NCBI GenBank assembly: GCA_973895155.1
Contig: OZ316894.1
Span: forward strand, 21,423,867-21,487,866
Source of the DNA: Marsupella aquatica
Taxonomy: Eukaryota > Plantae > Marchantiophyta
Direction of reading: 5' to 3'
Length of the DNA: 64,000 nucleotides
Shown here: one piece after another, positions 40,701-52,287 of the stretch
Numbering within the stretch: position 1 is the stretch's first letter
Layout of the letters: each line of letters starts with the position of its first letter
Program-made: the position numbers and the translations under genes
The notes under the pieces: model-generated
The model's input: only the letters and a program-made list of their open reading frames with translations
Databases searched by the model: none
Told to the model about the DNA's origin: nothing

Positions 40701-42326
40701 ACACCGCAAGACGTACACCTAATTGGCTACAAGTGGACATTTGTCCGCAAAAGAAATGATAAAGGCCAAGTTGTACGCTATAAAGCACGTCTGGTAGGGA
40801 AAGGATTTACTCAACAACCGGGAATTCATTACGATGAAACCTATTCACCGGTTATGGATAGCACAACATTCCGATACCTTATCGGATTTGCCATTTTCCA
40901 TAAACTACAAATGCGACAACTGGATGTTGCGACCACATATCTATATGGAACTTTAGACACTTGTCTGTACATGCGATCACCTCCCGAGTTGGAGCAATGT
41001 CGCCGAGCTTTAGCTCAAGGCGCTAAATCGCATATCCCATATTTACATAAGATTATAAAACAATTATCTCAAGTTACACCCCATGCGTCATCTACACATG
41101 TAACTCATAATAACGACACCGCTCTGTCAACCGTACGGAATACTCGCCACGAACTAGCTATCCGCGTGTTGAAGGCATTATATGGCCTGAAACAAAGTGG
41201 CAGAGTATGGTATCAAAGATTTACTGATGAAATGATTGCCATGGGTTTTTCCCATGATGCCATTACACCATGTTTATTTATTAAACATGTGAATGACGAA
41301 TATGTCATAGTTTCTATTTATGTTGATGACTTAAATATATTTGGGACACCCCAACTTACAGAAGATACTATTACCAGTCTTAAATCAACATTTGAGATGA
41401 AAGACCTTGGACATACAAACTTTTGCCTAGGTTTACAACTGGAGATCTTACCCACTGGCATGATGCTCCATCAGACAACACAAACTGAAAAGATCCTAAA
41501 ACAGTTCAATATGAACCTAGCACACCCATTGACGTCACCAATGGTTGTACGTTCATTAGAAAACAATACTGATGTTTTTCGCAAACGCGAAGAGCATGAA
41601 CCACTATTAGGACCAGAAACCCCATACCTTTCTGCGATAGGAGCATTAATGTACCTAGCAAATCAGACTAGGCCAGACATTGCATTTGCAGTTAACTTAC
41701 TAGCCAGACATAGTGCAACTCCCACAGCCAGACACTGGAATGGAGTTAAGCACGTATTTAGATATCTGCGTGGCACCACCGATACCGGGTTATTTTACCC
41801 ATTTGGTGCAAACCACGAACTCATAGGATACGCGGATGCCGGATATCTTTCTGACACTGATACCGCAAAATCCCAAACTGGATATGTTTTTACCATAGGG
41901 GGTACCGCTTTTTCTTGGAAAAGCGTGAAACAGACCCTAACAGCAACCTCATTGAATCACTCAGAAATCTTAGCTCTACATGAGGCTAGTCGTGAAGCCG
42001 TTTGGTTACGATCCTTTATAAACCACATCAACACCAAATGCGGCCTACCACCACTAACGAAGCCTACTAACATTTTTGAGGATAACGCAGCATGTATACA
42101 GCAGATCACAAAAAGATTCATCAAAGGCGATCGCGTGAAGCATATAGCTCCAAAGTTTTTCTACACCCACGAACTACATGGAAAAGAGATCAACATTTTG
42201 CAGATTTCAAGTGCAGATAACTGTGCGGATCTCTTCACCAAATCACTACCACCATCAGTTCATCACCGACACTGCCAGGTGATTGGACTGACGCATGATG
42301 ACCGTGGAGGCTGCTACTCCACATGA
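37703..42326 (+). pseudogene. Disrupted gag-pol polyprotein of the Bianca element
   Basis: Gag MANLEKLTFPALEIDGGNYLEW; knuckle CHECGMTNHLARNY; protease CIIDSATTHT; integrase HADVCGP..RVDNAGEF..QNGLAE; RT YKARLVGKGF, YGLKQSGR, YVDDL; RNaseH YADAGY, EDNAAC, ADLFTK. Frame breaks at ~38279 and ~38585; TGA at 40371 in (R)GRPLGSKD. Confidence 0.92.
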
Positions 42327-42635
42327 TACTTGATGATGCTGACGACATGATGCTGACGACCCATTGTTGAGACAGATGTTAAACTTAGATTTACTATAGC
42401 ATCTAACTTTACTTAACATTGACATTTATTACGACGAGGACTGTTAGGCTGCACTCTTTTTCCTTTAGCACTCATATTTTTCTCTACTACATTGGTAGAG
42501 TTTTTACTAAGCTAGAGTTGATAAAGGTTTTTTAACGAGGCAGTCTACCTCGATTGTACTTATATCATGTATTTCCTATGAACATGATATAATAGGTATA
42601 GTCTATGTTGTCTATATAGTTGTCACTATATATCC

Positions 42636-42644
42636 AAAGGGGAG
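42636..42644 (+). promoter_or_regulatory. Polypurine tract AAAGGGGAG
   Basis: Immediately precedes the 3' LTR. Confidence 0.85.
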
Positions 42645-42754
42645 TGTTAGACTCTACCTTTGACCGGACGACCAGACCAGCCGGTCACCCTGGTCCCACT
42701 ATATGTACTCCTATTCCCGACTATACACATGTTCATTCCATTCATACTCTCACA
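42645..42754 (+). repeat. 3' LTR (110 bp)
   Basis: Identical to 36201-36310. Confidence 0.95.
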
Positions 42755-44558
42755 AGAATGTCTTTCAGAGAGCTCTCCCTAAATGTTTAACTCTCCCTAA
42801 ATGTTGATTCTGAAACTCAAGCTTTTAGCCAAAATATGAGTTAGAAAACAACCAAGATTCTATGAATCATGATTCTTATATATATAACCAAAATACTAAA
42901 CTCTGCCTGAACACTTAGCCTGATTCTTATATAACCAAAGTACTAAACTCTGCCTGAACACTTAGCCTGATTCTTATATAACCAAAGTACTAAACTATGC
43001 TTAAACACTTAGACTCTATTACAAAACAAACATGACTTTGTTGGAAAGAAATGTTGCCAGAACATAAACCACTATTTCATAGAGAAAAAACATTTGGCAG
43101 TACATCAATCAAGGTTATCAATCGAGACTATCAACCAAGATTCTTAATCAAAATACTAGGCTCCCTTTCAACACTAATGTGAGACTCTCATATGAAGCAA
43201 GCATGACTCAGTTGGAAAAAAGTGATGCCAGAACATAAGGCATGACTGCACAAGGAAGAAGTCTATGACACTAAGAAGATGGGGCCGCAAGGGACAACCA
43301 AAAAAATCTCTATTTCTTTCAATAAAAATTGTTATTACGTAAAACAAAAATGCATTCAAGAATTTTTAAACTGCATGGAAATTTGTTTACAAGATCCTAT
43401 TCTACTAATGGTTTCAAATTGACAGAAAATGAAGTGTGCCAAAACATAAACCCAAAGTCACTCCATGACACTAAGTAGATGGGGCCAAAAGGGGCAACCA
43501 AAAAAAAATGAAGTGTGCCAAAACATAAACCCAAAGTAAATTGCACAAAGGTGATCAGGCCAAAAACGGGTGACAAAATACTCGAACACTCAAGTCTTCT
43601 CACTCGGTGATGCCTGTCTGAGTGACTCGCGTTAGCTCCATGATCTCGTCGACACCCTCTCAACGATGTGTGAAGTCGGATGGAAGCCTGGATATATCTT
43701 GCACCCTCCGTTGTTACACAATCGGTCCAATTCCGCAGATTTTCAGTGTGAGACTCCACCTCTATATATCCTCCGCAGAAGAAGGATTCCCGTTGAAGTT
43801 TGTGAAGAGCAGTCCAGCTTGTTTGCTTTTGCCTTTTGGGGTCGACTATGATCAATTTTCCGAAATCTTGAAGACTGTTTCCGATGCAATCCTCTCCAAA
43901 TAACCCGAACCCAACCCTTACTAGTGGGTGAACTTTTACTCAAGGATGCCGTTGGTGCACCAGGGGAGCAGGATCTGGAATCTGGTCTTCTGTGACATCA
44001 CTGCAATTCTACCGTCCACTGGAGGTACTGTTTGGCTCAAATGAGGACTCTCTCTCTAACACTTCCTGAGAGAATGCTTCAGAAGGTGGGAGGTTGGTGA
44101 GTTCCAATTGCGATCCTTTGGGAAGTCCAACGGGTATGCTATTGAAGGCACGAGCAACTCTCATTTCTGTTGAAATGTTTTCGTCCTCAGTCTCTTCCGC
44201 TGTTAGTCTCCATGTGGAGTGAATTCTGAACGAGACGGGACGTTCTGTCTAAGTCCACCGCACCTCGTCCTTACGAAACGATCGACATAAGATCAATTGA
44301 AATACGAGACGACAGTCACCAACTCATCGATCTGCGTCTTCACGATGGCGCAGGAAGAAGCCGTGCCAATTTGCGCAGAGAGATGGTACTTCATATACTG
44401 ATGGCAAGGCACGGTGTAAATAGGTGGAAAGTGTCTGTGAAAATCGTATCACAACTGGTTCAATCCTTCCTCAATTTCATCGTTTGTGCATTCATGAAGA
44501 TTCAGCAGGTGTTTTCCGGTGTGTCTTCAAGTGGCCATTATTGAATAATCTCTCAAAT

Positions 44559-47500
44559 ATGGTTGAATCGAATCTTATGGAAGACTCTACGGCAGCGAAT
44601 GGAATCAGCCAGGACTCGAAATTACAATTTCTGGGTCTCTTACTCTGGGGATGCAAGTCCCTATCAAAAATGATTGAATCTATCTTCAATTTCATCCTCT
44701 GTCTAATCATCAAGCTTCGGAAGGTGTGTTCTGGTTCTTCTTCAAATGGACCGTCGTTTGTGCCCCAGCTCACTCAGGTATGTCATTGTGCATCAGCCAC
44801 TAGCCATGACCTCCTCGTAACGTTTCTTAGGCATGTTCATGTAATACAGGTGTGACAGCTAAATCTCGGGGCACTCCATGGTGCATCTATGCTGCATTTC
44901 TTGTCTTCGTAGTTTGTTTTTGTGATTGGCTGTTGCATCCTCCCAATTATTTTACTTACCCGTTCTGCGGTCGGGCAGTTGGACGAGATGGTTTATGAAG
45001 TTTACACTCCCCTACCCAAACAAAAGCCAGACCTGGAAATCATCTTTGTTCATGGCCTTCAGTTGACTCAACAAAAGGAGGCATACATGACAACCTGGAT
45101 GTCGTATGACAACTCCCAGCTTTGGTTGAAGACGTGGCTGGTGGAAGAGTTTCCTAAAGCTCGGATTCTGACAATCTCATATGACTGTTCCGCCAAAAGG
45201 AGTGATGTTGCTGGGATTTTGGATATGTACCGCACAACAGAGAATCTGGTCCATGAACTTACGAGGGATAGTGTTCGAGTTGGCCGGGAAGGATGCCCAG
45301 TGGTGTTTGTAGGCCATTGTGTGGGCGGTTTAGTTGTGAAGGACCTTTGTGTCAGGGCGGGAAACTTGTTGACTCGAGAAAGTCCAGAAAGTCCAGAATT
45401 TCAGCGAGTTGATGACCTGTTCTCGAACCTACGAGGCATGTTCTTCTACGGAACACCGCACTTAGGATCGTTGTTGGGTGATGAATTTCATCAAAACCCA
45501 GGTGCACTGGCGGCACAAATAAAAGTCTTGAAGGCTTCCAACAGTAGAAGAAATGAGGAGTTTCTTAAGTTGAAGAATCGGTATAAGTGGGCAAGCTATG
45601 GGATAGGCGAAGGACAAAAGACTTTTGTGGTATGGAGAATCTGTTGACCTGTCTCTTTTATGTTGACGGTGCATTCGTATTGGGCCTTTAATTCTCTTCC
45701 GTGCTAACCATACATCCTGTCAGATCAATAAGAAATTTGTAATATATAATCAGTTGCTCAACTCCAAGGGGTTCTCTTACCGGAACAATCAGCTTACTTT
45801 TATTTTCAGTATTTAATGTTTCTTCACTTTACTTATCATCCCATGATTGAAGTTTAATGGATATCATATAATGGAAGGAGAAATACTTATACTTCCTCGG
45901 ACTCTCCTGTGTCAACAATATTATGAACTTAATAGTTCTTATCATCCTGGAATGTTCACAATTTTGGCCTGTGATTATTGACCTGGTTTTCTCCTATAGG
46001 GTGGTCTGGATAAATGTATTCGTGTGGTTGAGGAGGCATCATCTAGGGCATACATGGATTCCTACTACACTGCTCGGACTTCAGACCATTTCAACATCTG
46101 CAAACCACGGGGGAAGAAGGATAGTGCTTTCCAAAAGCTTACAGATTTTCTGCACCAGGTATTTAGCAGTCGTATTCTCAGATATTCCGATTTCAGTCGT
46201 TATGAGAAATTGACAATGGGAAAGCATCCATAGACGTGATACCGAGAACCTTCCGTTGAAAGTTTACAACCTAGTGGTATATCGAAACTTTCCCTTTTCA
46301 CAGTATTCTTGATGTATGTCGTACTACTTCAAGACAAGAAAGATTGTGTGCTTTGAGTGCTCTAAAAATCGAATGGCTTTTGGTGTAGCTCGAGGACAAT
46401 TTGCAGCTACAACTTTTCTCGTTTCTTCACTCCCATTCACATCATAGATATTTTCTCATCGTTTTCTCGACTTTGTGTTGTGAAATTTTCAATCATTATA
46501 ATTCGAACAGGTGCAAGGAAGTGGAGCACTTGATGGGAGTCTTGCGGATATCCGTGCGAGTTACCAGCCGCGAGACATTATTGACTTGGAAGGTCGTGCA
46601 GGCCAAGTACGCACTATGTTGGCCAAGCCAAATGCCGACAAGATCTTCATTGTAGGTTTAAGTGGAATTGGCAAAACTACACTGGCTGAGCAGGTCTTCC
46701 GTGACATGTGTCCCAACTTTAAAGTCACATGCTTTGTATCTCTTGAGAGCTCTGAGCCCCAATACGATTGCCAAGAACAGGTCTTGAAAAGAATTCAAGA
46801 GGGTCTACATTCAGGTCGGGGAGGATTAAATGGCAGCCCTTCGAGAGTACTTGGTTACTTGAAACGGAAGAAAGTCTTGATGGTTGTTGATAATGTTCAG
46901 TCACAAAAACAACTGGATGCCTTGTGCACGAAGACTTGGTTAGATGGTAGTGCCAGTCGGTTGATTGTCACCAGTACCAATCCTCGACTTGGCACCCAAT
47001 CCAATACTTTTCAGGTCCTATACTTGAATGACACAGAATCACGGCAGTTGTTCCTAAAGTACGCCTTTGAGGGTAGAGAAGGACCCCCGAATGTCACAAT
47101 GTTTGTTGACCAGGTGATAAGAAAGTGTGAAAACTTCCCTCTATCTCTTAAAATTCTGGGGAGTTATGTAGGCCACGAGGAGGACAAAGACAAGCCAGAA
47201 CTTTGGAAAGAGCTGATTCAGAAGATGGACAAAGCTGTAGAATTGGTTCATGGTGATCCGGATCTGAAACTGTGGGCTAGGCTCAGGCCATGCTACGATT
47301 CTTTAGACCCTTCAGAGCAACAGTTGTTCTTGGATATTGCCACGACATTTTGTGGCTACTCCTTTTCCATGGTGGAGTGTATCTGGAATGGGTGTCAGGA
47401 ATTTCCACTGACGGCATGGACAAATGTTAAGAAAAGATTTCTCGCAAGTGTGGACAAAGATGGTAAGCTATGGATGCATACCCAACTGCGGGACTTGGGC

Positions 47501-49838
47501 CGGAGCATTGCATGTCCCAGGAATACGACTCTTGAGAAGTGGCAGCGAGTTTCCGAAACCGCCTCTGCAAAGGAGTTGATTGCAAATTGTCAGGTATTTT
47601 GTAGAAACACAAGTGGGGTGCTCAAATCCAACGAACATCTGGAAGTTCCTTTTTAAGCATTTGAATGTTCTTGTAACCGATTTGGACGGTGCTAGATCAA
47701 GCGACTGAAGGTGACTGAAAACTAACAACCCAAAATGCATTGTAACTTTGCAGGGCGTTGTTGATACTCGTACTTTGAAGCTTGAAAATGGCGGGCAGGA
47801 AAAGCTATTCCTTCGAAATACCACCTTCTCGAAGTTTACATATCTTCAGTCCTTGATATTGACGGGTGTGGAGATGATGATAATAGGGGAGACTACACTA
47901 CAGCTCCCACCATCAGTAGTCTATTTGAGCTGGAGATATGGTTTGTTTGAAGTTTGTCCTGTGGATTTCAGCAAATTGGAAAGTTTATCCGTTCTAGACC
48001 TCTCCTACTGCAGAGCTATGAAATCACTCCCTTCAAGCCTCAGGAATGCAAGGAAGCTCACATGGTTGGAGTTGAAAGGTTGTCGATCGTTGAAGGATCT
48101 GGGAGTATTGAAACTCTGCCATCTAAAGCACTTGGGATTGAGTGGGACCGGCTTGACCCACGTACCACGAAACCTTGACCAGTTCAGCGACCCGAAGTAC
48201 TTGCTGGCCCATGACACAAAGCTAACAAAAGTTCCTCAAAGGGTCTGTGGCCTTGCGATGTTAGTCTCGCTTGATTTGAGCTGTACCAAGGTCGGCACCC
48301 TTCCAGAAGCTATTGGTAATCTCAAATCCTTGAAAGAGCTTAACCTAAAGCGGACTTTACTGCGGTCCTTGCCGGAATCAGTGGGGGAGCTTCAAGGGCT
48401 CAAAGTTTTGAATTTGCGCGGGACTCCTTTAGAAAATCTACCGGAATCAGTTTGCAAGCTACGGTTTCTCAAACGTCTGACACTAACGGGTACAGAAATA
48501 AGCGCTCTTCCTGATGGGATCGGGGACCTTGTAGAGCTGGAGGTCTTCGAACTAATTGGAAGTAGGTTAAGCAGATTACCGGAAACAGTTGGCAGGTTGT
48601 TGCGGCTAGAAGAATTTACTGTAACATTGGATTTGAACGACAATTGCCTCGAACATTTAGCTTCTTTCAAGTCCTTAAAGAAACTTTATTTGGACGTAGG
48701 GATCCTAGGAGAAGAGCATGCTTTAGCACTGGGAGAGGAGCAATCACAAACAAGGATCCACTCCCTTCTCTCTCCTGTATTTTCACTACACGAACTTGCC
48801 CACGTATCGTTATGCGGCAGAAATTGCCCGGAATCTTTGCTCCCCGCTCTGTTTGGTGCTTTGCATCAAATTTCATCGCTTTCGATGTTAGTACTGTGCC
48901 AATTCCATAGCGTGGAGGTGATGCCCTATGAATTGGGGACATTGACAGGATTGACGAGGCTTGCGATATGGGACTGTGAAAGGCTCCGTGAGTTGCCCGA
49001 GTCATTGGGCAGTCTATGCGGGCTGACAAATCTGTACTTACTTGATTTGCCAAGCATGTCCAGACTGCCCGAGTCTTTGAATGCGTTGTCATGCCTTTCC
49101 CAATTATTGATTTATAATTGTGAGAGCTTAGAAAACATGCCGGGGTCTTTTGGCCATTTGTCGCCTTTGGAGCAAGAGTGCTTCTCTTTGCAAAGCAACA
49201 ACAGTGAAACGGTAAACTCAATTGAGCGCACAATGCCTTCTGAGCTGGACTGCTCGACACTGCGCACAGATTCATGGAAACTCTTGGAGTGCTTCTTGGA
49301 ATGTTGTCAGAAACGGATATCAAGGCCAAAAGTTATATTTAATGTTAGCTGCGAGAAGATGGAGAAAGTGATGAAGGAGGCGACTCAGGATAGAGATGGA
49401 GTAGGCTATGTGGTCGATATTAGTGTGGCCAGTGAGCTATTCACGGAAAGGAATTCAAATCAGCGAGGACACGACTGTCGCGTCCAATTTCCTGCGGGGC
49501 GTTCTGCGTGTCATGGTCCTTGGAACCGTTGTACCGGTCTTCAATCTGTCGTTATACGATGCTATGGAAACGACAGAAAGACTGTACCCTCCGAGGGGTG
49601 TGGTGTTCATACGAAATTGGTGCGATTGATAGATGAACGACACAGCGGTGAGGATAGTGAAGACGAAGGTGATAGTGAGATCGAGGAAGATAATATGGAC
49701 AGCGGTATGGGGGGAGACGAATCTGACAGCGAGATGAGTGAAGCCGCAAGCAGTGAGGTTGAAGAACATGGAGCTGGTTGTGCAGCGATGGAAGACCAAA
49801 GTGACACTAAGCTGACAACAAGATTGCTATCTGAGTGA
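44559..49838 (+). CDS. Hydrolase-NB-ARC-LRR (HNL) immune receptor copy 2, apparently intact, ~1398 aa; exons 44559-44777, 44979-45629, 46000-46158, 46511-47593, 47754-49838
   Basis: SERAC1/PGAP1-like hydrolase motifs IIFVHGL, WLKTWL..FPKARIL.ISYD, VFVGHCVGGL, FFYGTPHLGS, DHFNICKP; NB-ARC GLSGIGKTT, VLMVVDNV, SRLIVTS, FLDIA, MHT; plant LxxLPxSxGxL LRRs. All four introns GT-AG, phase 0. Alternative ATG at 44577. Confidence 0.9.
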
Positions 49839-51552
49839 AAACAGATGATGACACGGGCGAAGACCAAGACCACAAGGAGATAGTGGAGTCGACGACTCTG
49901 AAAAAGGAGTCATGCTCAAGACTTTGTGTCCACTCATGCTTTGAGCATCCGAAAATTTGTGTCTTTCAAACACAAACCGTGATGGCATGTTCTAGGCCTA
50001 CTAGGAATGGCCACTACAATTCCGTAAGGGCCATCACACTCTCACAATATTGAATGTTGATGGAGCTCTAAAAGTTTATTCCGGAAATTGTTAAGGTGCC
50101 CTGAATGCCTATCATTGTGCGATCATTGGGAGGTTCCTTCGCGTGGCAAAATTACGCCTGAAAGAAAAGTCCTTGAAGTCCACGCGCGTTGAGACTCTCA
50201 GAGTTTACTGCAAAGCTTCTGCTCTCCGATATACTGAGGATCGCATTGCTCAGAAATCAGAGTCCCTCACATATGGATTTCAGGCAGTGTACCAGGTTTC
50301 CCTTTATTGCACTAGTAGAGTGTTCTTGTTGAGTATATGGAAAGTGAATTGCTGGGGGCATTTAGAAAGTCTTCTGGCAGTGTCAGTTTCTACAGCATTG
50401 GGAATGAATCAACCCATTTTGAACCGAAGGTTGGATACGAATTACGTAACAAGAAGTTGAAGGCTTAAAAGCCATGCTCTATCGCTTACGAGGATCTGTG
50501 CTGGGCTCACCATTGCAGACGCTCGGGATTTTTCCTGTGAATTTGCTGTAATTAACCGTCGGGAGCCTTTCAACAGAGGTGGTCCACTATGAAGACACAA
50601 AACCCTGGATGACAGATCGATGGATTCTAATCGTAGATTGTACTTTCACATGCTTATAATTAAGTGGAAGCTTCCCTTTTTGTGTGGAGGTTGAAGTGAT
50701 CAAATGGCTCATTGTGTGTGAGCCCAATGTCAAAGCACACTTGTACCTGAGTTACGGCTTAGGACATGAAATGCACTTCCAACCAGGACCTTAGGGGTTA
50801 CCAAAATACATACCCCATGAGGGTGGTATGTGCAAAAAAATAAAGCTGTAACCAAAATGTTACGGGAGAACTTTGACACACCCTAATGTAATCCGAGCAC
50901 ACAGCCATATGGGCATTTGCCAAGGTGATCTTCGGGGGCATAGTATAGTCATTGTGGTCCAATGCTTGTGTGTTTGGTATGGACTGGCCGAGGTAAGGAG
51001 GCATATATAGGAATCTGTGACACATCTTTATATTGCACATGGATCTTTTTCTGGCAACTCCCTGCTTCTCTAAAGAACTTCAAATTTCGTGTATACAACA
51101 TAGCGAGGATAAGAGCCACGAGGAAATGGTCAAGAATGGTCTTGACCGAGCTCAGTCACTGCCATGGCCAGTGCTGGCTCAAGTGATGGTAGACACAATA
51201 ATATACAAGTGACCGGATTTCTCCAGTTTATGTCATAGAGACCAGACTAGATTTCATATTCTTTGTCAACTTTAGAGGTTTCTTCTAGTCAAATATGGCA
51301 TATACTCTGTATGACATCCCCCCATACCATGATGAACTTTGTTATTATCTTTAAATCAATGAGCATCCCTCCATACCATGATAACCTCTTCATTCTCTTT
51401 AAATCTTTACACCATGTTTTATCACATTTTGATGTGTGATTACAGGCAGGGGTTTCTTTCCTGACTGCTTCAATTGGTGTTTCTATATTGCAGATACAGG
51501 AAGGTGACGGTTTGAGCTGATATGGCCTTTGCTTTTGCTAAGGTATCCGACC

Positions 51553-52287
51553 TTAGCAAAACATGTCATTGCATTTGATGTCATTAAATGTGAATAAATT
51601 ATATGTTCTTGCTCAAAAGATGTCATTAAGTAAACGATATTGTTGCGCAAAAGATGTGTAAGTAGTAATTTAACATATAGTTGGCAAAAGATGTCAAAGC
51701 ATGATGAATGCCATTATACTAAAGATGTTATTAAGAAACATATCATGGTGTAAAATATATAATTGAGTAAAATATTTTCTGGTTAAAAAATCTCATTGCC
51801 CAAAAAATGTTATCCAATAAAAGATGTCATGGGGCAAACAATGAGTGACAAAAACCACAAAGTATCACCAGTAAAGAATGATTTCTGTCTTTGTATTTTC
51901 CAATTTTTAATTCCTTGTAAACCCACCCTCTTTACCGCTTTTGTACTTTTTTTGGTTTGATGTTTTCTATTAGATTATGTAATATTTGTAATTGACATAG
52001 ATTATCATGGGGATATTTGATATGAATGTCAAGGTATGGAAAGTACTATGTCTATGCATGGATAGTACTATATGTATCTGTCCATAAAGTACTTGATTAT
52101 TGTGCATTGGCATTCCCGGGCACCCCTTTATTTCTTGATTGGAAAACATGCACTCTTTACTTCACACTACATATAATTCAATTTTGGTTTATTCCTTCTC
52201 TTGGTCAGATTCTTTGATTTTTGTGCCGTTCAAATTCAAATGATGACCACTGCATAAAAATGTGCAACTTTGTATTATAGGAGTTAA
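51553..52287. mobile_element. AT-rich segment absent from unit 1, with clustered CAAAAGATGTC motifs; probable DNA-transposon relic
   Basis: Interrupts homology with unit 1 after GGTATCCGACC; the motif recurs several times in 51555-51840. Confidence 0.4.

Larger units (their letters stand above)
36201..42754 (+). mobile_element. Full-length Ty1/Copia LTR retrotransposon, Bianca lineage
   Basis: TG..CA LTRs, 5-bp TSD AGAAT (36196-36200 and 42755-42759), empty site in the paralogous flank at 54172-54176, PBS CGTTATCAGCACG, PPT, gag-PR-INT-RT-RNaseH order. Confidence 0.96.
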
